This document shows positions 8,578 through 14,687 of a stretch of 16,807 nt of DNA, one piece after another. The DNA is from an uncultured Gemmatimonadota bacterium. Lineage in GTDB: Bacteria; SM23-81. Location: NCBI GenBank assembly GCA_964584035.1, contig CAZOYL010000052.1, forward strand, positions 1-16,807, in the 5' to 3' direction. Made by a program: the position numbers and the translations under genes. Under the pieces are notes generated by a model that was given only the letters and a program-made list of their open reading frames with translations, ran no database searches and was not told the DNA's origin. How positions within the stretch are numbered: position 1 is the first letter of the stretch; each line of letters opens with the position of its first letter.

Positions 8578-10374
8578 CTGCAACTTTCTGAGAATCTCCA
8601 GCAGACGCGTGTCCCCCCCCGCCGGCGGCCGCCAGTCCACCTGGATCACGGGCACCTTCTGCTGACCGAGAGCATCCGCAAACCAGGACAGCCCCAGGTT
8701 GACGACCTTGAGTGGCGCTTGCAGAAGGTCGTTGGCCGCAGACCGGATCGGATCACGTCCCGGCTCCCTCGTTGCCCCGGAGAGATGAGGCATCTCCGGA
8801 ACGGCTATTGGCTGTTCCCCCCGCAGGGCCACGTATACGGCGGTTCTCGCCGCCAGAGCGGCCGACGGCAGGACAACGATCCCGTTTTTTTGCAAGATCC
8901 GGTGCTGTTTCTCAAGATCCTGAGGGTCGCCTTTCGTTCCGCACAGAGAGGCCACGAAGCACAGATGGTCGGCCCGTTTCTCGGCCACCCGCCGGGCCTC
9001 CAGGACGGCCGGCAGAATGGCGCCGGCCGGGTCGGGGTGAGCACCGTATCCCAGGACGATGTCGAACAGGATGACGGCCGTCTCGGGATCCTCCGCCTCC
9101 TGAATGATGCGCCGGTTACGGGCCGTGAAATCGATCATCGGATGGGGCACCCCGGCCGTAAACTCATCGTCGCCCAGATCGATGAGCGTATCACCCCGGC
9201 TGACGGACACATCTTCCAGGCGCCTGCCGCCGGGCAGATGGATATTGGTGTTCAGCTCCGGGAGAAAAGACTTCAGGATGACGCCGGCCTCGGCGCAGAG
9301 CGAGCCGCCCGAAAACAGTCCCCGAATGGCGCGCTGCCCATCCTGAAGACGAGTCATCTCCCCGCCGGCCAGAGATGTGACCGCTGTGACCGTTTTCCTG
9401 AACAGATCGCTGACCGCTCCGGTCCGCCCTTTCAACTGCAGGACCCTCAGGACCGCGTCCTCAAGACATGCGGTCATGAAAAAATCCCCCGGCCGCTGTC
9501 TTTGACTCCCGTCGATGCCCTGGAAACAGATCACAGAGGGCTTGCCGATTCCGGACAGAGCCTCCAGAACCTTGTCCGCCGTGACACGGTCAGGCGGCTT
9601 GGAGATGAACACGATGACGTCCGTCCCCGGATCGGCTTCCAGGAGCTCGATGGCCTGGAGCGCGCCGATGGCGCCCACCGGCGCGGACAGATCCCGCCCG
9701 CCCAGCCCGATAGCATGGGAGATGCCCTCGTCGAAGCGGTCCAGCAGGGAACAGACCTCCTGGATGCCGGTGCCCGAGGCTCCGGCGATGCCGACGGTCC
9801 CCCGGCGGATGACATTGCCGAATCCCAGCACCCGCCCGCCCAGGATGGTGGTGCCGCAATCGGGGCCCATGACCATGAGATCTCGTTCAGCAGCCGTTTT
9901 TTTGAGGGCCACTTCATCATCGACCGGAACATGGTCACTGAAGATCATCACGTTCCGTCCGGCCTTCAGGGCGGTGCGAGCCTCACCGAACACGTATCGA
10001 CCCGGCACGGAGATCAGCACCACCCCGGCCCCGGGCAGCCGCTCCAGGGCCGAGCCGAGGGTCCGTGGTGGCCGTTCTTCACCGGCCGGAGCGGCCGCAA
10101 GCCGCTGGGCCATCCACTCGCCGATTCGATCCACGGCGGCCTGCAGAGACTCCCCGGCCTCTGCCCTGAGGGCGATGATCAGATCATCCGGCCGGGCCTT
10201 TTCCCCGCCGGCATCCAGCAGTCCGGCATCTCTGAGCAGGTTTTTATTTTCCGGCGTACCCATGAGGGCCGCGGCTTCCAGAATTCCCGGCAACTGGCCG
10301 GCTCTGCTGGCCAGGGACATGAGGAAGACGGAATCGGCATAATTATTCTGTCTGATGATGTTTTTCAGGATCAT
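8575..10374 (-). CDS. fdrA: FdrA family protein (succinyl-CoA-synthetase-alpha-like; AllF/YahF-like), 599 aa
   Basis: Y.DSV.LM, MGTPENK, LISVPG, FSDHV, MGPDCGT, GASGTGIQE, GGRDLS, SKPP, RGLFSGGSLC.E, DLGDDEFT.G.PHPMID and LGYGAH.DPA motifs, plus the C-terminal VVNLGL..FADAL...VDWRPPAGG module. Confidence 0.93.
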   Translation of the reverse strand: MILKNIIRQNNYADSVFLMSLASRAGQLPGILEAAALMGTPENKNLLRDAGLLDAGGEKARPDDLIIALRAEAGESLQAAVDRIGEWMAQRLAAAPAGEERPPRTLGSALERLPGAGVVLISVPGRYVFGEARTALKAGRNVMIFSDHVPVDDEVALKKTAAERDLMVMGPDCGTTILGGRVLGFGNVIRRGTVGIAGASGTGIQEVCSLLDRFDEGISHAIGLGGRDLSAPVGAIGALQAIELLEADPGTDVIVFISKPPDRVTADKVLEALSGIGKPSVICFQGIDGSQRQRPGDFFMTACLEDAVLRVLQLKGRTGAVSDLFRKTVTAVTSLAGGEMTRLQDGQRAIRGLFSGGSLCAEAGVILKSFLPELNTNIHLPGGRRLEDVSVSRGDTLIDLGDDEFTAGVPHPMIDFTARNRRIIQEAEDPETAVILFDIVLGYGAHPDPAGAILPAVLEARRVAEKRADHLCFVASLCGTKGDPQDLEKQHRILQKNGIVVLPSAALAARTAVYVALRGEQPIAVPEMPHLSGATREPGRDPIRSAANDLLQAPLKVVNLGLSWFADALGQQKVPVIQVDWRPPAGGDTRLLEILRKLQ

Positions 10375-12173
10375 GACGGTTCACCTTCGCCGCTCCGGGG
10401 TAACCGCGGAGAGACGGAATCGGGCGTCGCCGTGCGGCGCGCTTCCAGCGCCCGGTAGAGACGCTCATAGGCCTCGAAACTGTAAGGGCTGTTTTGAGTT
10501 TCCTTTCGATACTGGTCGACGGCCCGGTCCCACAGGCCCTGGCGGGCATACATGTTCCCCAGGTTGAGATGTACCCCGGAGACCTCAGGATCCGCCTGCA
10601 GCGCCCGATGATACAGCTCCAGGGCGGCCTCCGGGTCGTCCTGATCCAGTCGCAGGGCGGCCAGATCGACGTAGCTGTCGGCCAGCGTGGGATCGATCTC
10701 GATGGCCCGCTGATACTCACCGGCCGCTTCCGGCAGACGCCCCAGGGTGCCGAGATGCAGGGCATAGAAGCGGTGTGACTGAGCCATATGCCGGGCGCGG
10801 TCCAGAGAGGCCAGGGGCCAGTTGACCAGAACAGCGAAGACCGCCAGAGCCGCCAGGGCGGCGGACAACGGCCGATAGTGACGGCTTCGGACCCGGCCCC
10901 AGATCCACACCAGGGCTACGGCCGCAAAGACCATCAGGACCGGACAGATCTGCAGCCGGAGGCGCGAGATGACGAAAAAGGGGACGGTCCCCAGAGTGTA
11001 GGCCAGCACGAAGGACAGAAGGGGGAAGAAGTGGCGCCAGCGCCCCAGGCTCAGGAGCATGCCCAGCAGACCCAGGGGTCCGAGCACCGAAAAACCCAAC
11101 AGCGGCCAGCGCAGCAGCGGCACGAACCGCCCCAGAAAATGGATATCCTCCACCTGGGGGATCTCGTAGGCATTCCAGAAAAACATGATCTTTCTGATCA
11201 GCAGTCCGATCGTAGTTCCGGGATGCGTCCGGACGAAATCCAGTCCCCGCCGGAACCAGAACCGGGAAACCTCCGAGGGTTTCAAAGGCCGGTCGGCATG
11301 GAGGTTGGCGATCTTAATGCCATAGATATCCTCGGACAGGTCCAATCCTTTGGGCTTGACATAATAACCGGTGGCCCGGATATGATTCCCGATGAAGAAA
11401 TTCATTCCCAGATTGCTGGTGATCGGGACCACATCTCCGCCGGCTAAATAATTGTGGACCGCCATCGGGAAAACGACCACCAGCAGACCCAGAAACAGGG
11501 CCGTCACGGTTCGCAGCCGCATCCCGCGACCGATCCGTCCCCCCCCTCCCGGCAGAAGGGCGGCCGCCGCCAGAAAGGGGAAGAAGATCAAGATATTCGA
11601 CCTCCCGACGGCCGCCAGCCCCAGCAGCAGACCGCAGACCGCCCATCGGTAGGCTCGCCGGCCTCGAAGGGCCCAATAGACGGCCAGCAGCAAGAGCAGG
11701 TGCAGGATGAGCAGCACCGTGGCCATCAGCAGCAGCCCCTCGTAGAAGATCTCCACGCGATAGACGGCACCCATCAGGGCGGCCAGCAGGCCCACGGCCG
11801 GGCCGCCCACTCTGCGGCCCAGCAGATACAACAATCCGCATCCGGCCGTGCCCAGCAGGACCTGAAACCACAAAAACAACTCGACGTACGGCCCGGCAAG
11901 GGCATACCATAAGGCCAGCAGATAGGGATACAGGGGCCCCATATAAAAAACCTGAGGACCGGGCTGGCCCTCAATGATGCGCAAGGCCCAACTGTGATAG
12001 TAGAGGGAATCGGAAAAGGCGTTGAAGAAGAGGTGCTCCCTGGCCTGGATCAGATAGATGATCCGCAAACCGAGGGCCAGGACAAGGATGGCCAGGAGCC
12101 ACAGGCTCTTGCCGGTGAAACGAGGCTCTGGCCCGGTGTCGGCGCGGCTCGCTTCCCCCAGGGGCCTCATCAT
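10371..12173 (-). CDS. Multi-pass membrane glycosyltransferase (GT-C fold, ArnT/PMT/GT39-like) with C-terminal TPR repeats, 600 aa
   Basis: About 11-13 hydrophobic segments; LALGLR...DSLYY...PLYPY first-loop motif; SNLGMNFFIGNH loop; C-terminal TPRs (EAAGEYQRAIEIDP, ALELYHRALQADP, HLNLGNMYARQG). ATGA overlaps with both neighbours. Confidence 0.8.
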   Translation of the reverse strand: MMRPLGEASRADTGPEPRFTGKSLWLLAILVLALGLRIIYLIQAREHLFFNAFSDSLYYHSWALRIIEGQPGPQVFYMGPLYPYLLALWYALAGPYVELFLWFQVLLGTAGCGLLYLLGRRVGGPAVGLLAALMGAVYRVEIFYEGLLLMATVLLILHLLLLLAVYWALRGRRAYRWAVCGLLLGLAAVGRSNILIFFPFLAAAALLPGGGGRIGRGMRLRTVTALFLGLLVVVFPMAVHNYLAGGDVVPITSNLGMNFFIGNHIRATGYYVKPKGLDLSEDIYGIKIANLHADRPLKPSEVSRFWFRRGLDFVRTHPGTTIGLLIRKIMFFWNAYEIPQVEDIHFLGRFVPLLRWPLLGFSVLGPLGLLGMLLSLGRWRHFFPLLSFVLAYTLGTVPFFVISRLRLQICPVLMVFAAVALVWIWGRVRSRHYRPLSAALAALAVFAVLVNWPLASLDRARHMAQSHRFYALHLGTLGRLPEAAGEYQRAIEIDPTLADSYVDLAALRLDQDDPEAALELYHRALQADPEVSGVHLNLGNMYARQGLWDRAVDQYRKETQNSPYSFEAYERLYRALEARRTATPDSVSPRLPRSGEGEPS

Positions 12174-13117
12174 CTCTCCAGATGAGGCAGGGGTGAAAGC
12201 GCCAGCAGGATACCCAGCAGCACTTCAGAGCCGGAGGCGTCACCCTGCCGCAAGAGCGCCTTGACGCTGTCCAGTAGGGTGTCGGTCTCTTCGAAAAGGA
12301 ACGCTCGAATGACGTTCAGAACGGGAGCGGCCATTCGTCCGGCGCAGGCGAAGGCCAATATATTGGTGCTGATAAAAGTGGTCCGGTGCCGGTTTCCATA
12401 GATATGATCGCAAAGCGATTCCAGGATGCTTTCCATCTCGGGTCCGTTGACCCGCTTGGAGACGGCCCCGAGGGCTCCGATAAAACCCAGCAGAACGTCG
12501 TCGCCGGATGGTGTCAGGCCTGAGCCCAGGCCGATCAATCCCTCCACCCCCTGCTGCAGGGCACCGTCGTCCTGTTCCAGAAAACCCGTTATCAGGTCGC
12601 GCAGCGCCGGCAGCGCCCGGCGGACCATCTCATCGAAGGGCTCCGCCTTGACCGGGTCCCATCGCCCGGCCACGATGTCCATTACGGAGGGCAGCAGGAC
12701 GCCCAGCCCGCGTCCGGGCGACATCTCCGAGATGGCCCGGTCCACGGCCCGGAGATTGGTCTCCAGACGGCTCATGTCCACACATTCCAGACCGCCCGCC
12801 AGGCGGGGCCACCATTTGCGGGCGGTTCCGGTCCGCAGCCGGAGGTCGCCGGCGCCCAACTGCATCTGCGTCCCCTGCAATCGCACCGGCATGCCGGAGC
12901 GCAGCCCCAGGGAGATGAAATCCGTCCCCTCGGGCAGCTCGGTTACCACCGTATTGGGTCCGGCCAGGTCGGCCCCGGACAGGATGGACACCAGCTGCCC
13001 GCCGGACGTCCTGATGTTCAGGGCCTGCTGAAAGACGCTGTGGATCTCACCGGAGACATCGTTCAGGCCGAACCAGTAGGCCAGAAAACCGTCGATGGAG
13101 GTTGCTGTGAGTTCCAT
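12170..13117 (-). CDS. DUF2877 family protein (YlbF/AllH- and YahE-like), 315 aa
   Basis: IHSVF...NI, GPN, LIGLGSGLTPSGDDVLLG, RTT.IS and terminal G..SG...LLG motifs; sits with fdrA and DUF1116. Confidence 0.88.
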   Translation of the reverse strand: MELTATSIDGFLAYWFGLNDVSGEIHSVFQQALNIRTSGGQLVSILSGADLAGPNTVVTELPEGTDFISLGLRSGMPVRLQGTQMQLGAGDLRLRTGTARKWWPRLAGGLECVDMSRLETNLRAVDRAISEMSPGRGLGVLLPSVMDIVAGRWDPVKAEPFDEMVRRALPALRDLITGFLEQDDGALQQGVEGLIGLGSGLTPSGDDVLLGFIGALGAVSKRVNGPEMESILESLCDHIYGNRHRTTFISTNILAFACAGRMAAPVLNVIRAFLFEETDTLLDSVKALLRQGDASGSEVLLGILLALSPLPHLER

Positions 13118-13179
13118 GCCGTCCGTTTCCCCTAAAATTCCTTGTCCCTGTCGTCCGATGATGCCAGCCAGGCCAGTAA

Positions 13180-13208
13180 AAAGTACATCTCTGAAAGGTG
13201 CTTGTCAA
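13180..13208 (-). promoter_or_regulatory. Sigma70-type promoter upstream of the DUF2877 gene
   Basis: Minus strand TTGACA (13208-13203), a 17 bp spacer and TACTTT (13185-13180) in an AT-rich patch about 60 nt upstream of ATG 13117. Confidence 0.7.
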
Positions 13209-13209
13209 G

Positions 13210-13239
13210 AAAAAAGCCGGGATTCGAAAACCGCCCCGG
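13210..13239 (-). terminator. Possible intrinsic terminator after the deaminase gene
   Basis: Minus strand CCGGGG-CGGTTTTCGAA-TCCCGG-C-TTTTTT: 6 bp stem with one G-U pair, an 11 nt loop and a U6 tail. The long loop weakens the call. Confidence 0.4.
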
Positions 13240-13245
13240 GGGGCT

Positions 13246-13301
13246 CTTCAACCATCAATCTTCAGCCGGGCAACCTTCAACCGGGCAATTTTCAACCGTC
13301 A
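13246..13301. repeat. Imperfect 15 bp tandem repeat, about 3.7 copies
   Basis: Plus strand cttcaaccatcaat / cttcagccgggcaac / cttcaaccgggcaat / tttcaaccgtca; the last unit overlaps the deaminase stop codon. Confidence 0.8.
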
Positions 13302-14687
13302 TGCCCCATCTGACAGGCCGGCCTTGTTCAGCATCTCTTTGGAAATCCGATCGCCGGTCTCGATCAGCTGCTCCTCATCGACGTTCACCAGCCGGCCGTC
13401 CTGAACCACGATCCGCCCGTTGACCATGGTCAGGTCGACGCTGTGATCGATGCCCGAAAAGATCAGGGCGGCCATCGGGTCGGACAGCGCGCCGGTGTAT
13501 TCCAGGCGGTTCATATCGATCATGGCCAGGTCGGCCGCCCGGCCGACCTCCAGGCTGCCCAGCTCCGGCCGTCCCAGCAGCCGGGCGCCGCCGCGGGTGG
13601 CCAGGTGGAGAACATCCCGGGCCGTTATGGCGGCCGCGCCGAAGGTCAGACGATGCATCAGAAGGCAATTACGCATCTCGCCGATCATGTCGGAAGAATC
13701 GTTGGAGGCGCTGCCGTCCACCGCCAGACCGATGGTGATGCCCAGGGCCATCATTTGGGGGACCCGGGCCACGCCGGATCCCAGCCGCATGTTGGAGGTG
13801 GGACAGTGGGCGATGGACGTTCCGGTCTCCGCCAGCCGGTTCAGCTCCTGATCGGTGAAGTGGATGCCGTGAGCGAAGGAGATGTCTTCTCCCAGCCAGC
13901 CAACATCCTCCATCAGCTCCAGGGGCCGCTGGCCATAGACCTCCCGGCAGTATTCTTCTTCATCTTTCGTCTCGGCGACATGGGTGTGACAGAGAACACC
14001 CTTTTCCCGGGCCAGCCTGACCGTCTCCACCAGCAGCTCCCGGGAGACCGAGAACGGCGAGCAGGGAGAAATAGCCACCCGGGTCATGGACAGCGGCGCC
14101 GGATCGTGGTGCCGGTCGATGACATCGCGGCAATCCCGGAGAATCGTTTCCTCGTCCTGAACCACGGAATCGGGCGGCAGCCCGCCCCGGGACTGGCCCC
14201 GCGACATGCTCCCGCGGGTGGGATGAAAACGGATCCCCAATTGACGCGCGGCCTCGACCTGGAGGCCGATGAGATCCTCATTGATGCCCTGGGGAAAAAC
14301 ATAATGCTGATCCAGGGTGGTCGTGCAGCCGGTCTTGAGCAGCTCTCCGCACCCCAGCAGGGTCCCGGTATGGACCGCCTCGGGAGTGAGATGCTGCCAG
14401 ACCCGGTAGAGAGTCTTCAGCCAGTCGAACAGCTCGGCATTCTGGACGGCCGGAATATTTCTCTGCAGCGTCTGATAGAGATGATGGTGGGTGTTGACCA
14501 GGCCGGGGATGATCAGGCAGGTGGAGGCGTCGATGACCCGGGCTCCGGGGGCCTCGATCCCTTCTCCGATTTCGGCAACCTGACGACCCCGGACGAGCAG
14601 GTCGACTCCCGACAGGCGGTCGTCACGGTCGTTCATGGTGACCAGATGAAAGATGTTGCGGAACAGGATCTCGTTTTCAGCGCTCAT
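13299..14687 (-). CDS. Amidohydrolase of the 8-oxoguanine deaminase / AtzB-like group, 462 aa
   Basis: PGLVNTHHHLYQT, RGSMS.G...GGLPPD, PCSPFSVS, HTHVAET, AHGIH, HCPTSNMRLGSG and GLAVDGSASND motifs; start at ATG 14687 forms an ATGA overlap with the upstream stop. Confidence 0.88.
   Translation of the reverse strand: MSAENEILFRNIFHLVTMNDRDDRLSGVDLLVRGRQVAEIGEGIEAPGARVIDASTCLIIPGLVNTHHHLYQTLQRNIPAVQNAELFDWLKTLYRVWQHLTPEAVHTGTLLGCGELLKTGCTTTLDQHYVFPQGINEDLIGLQVEAARQLGIRFHPTRGSMSRGQSRGGLPPDSVVQDEETILRDCRDVIDRHHDPAPLSMTRVAISPCSPFSVSRELLVETVRLAREKGVLCHTHVAETKDEEEYCREVYGQRPLELMEDVGWLGEDISFAHGIHFTDQELNRLAETGTSIAHCPTSNMRLGSGVARVPQMMALGITIGLAVDGSASNDSSDMIGEMRNCLLMHRLTFGAAAITARDVLHLATRGGARLLGRPELGSLEVGRAADLAMIDMNRLEYTGALSDPMAALIFSGIDHSVDLTMVNGRIVVQDGRLVNVDEEQLIETGDRISKEMLNKAGLSDGA

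Noticed and set aside
13246..13301. Tandem repeat as a mini CRISPR array
   Set aside because: Units are 14-15 bp and contiguous, with no spacers and no cas genes in the window.
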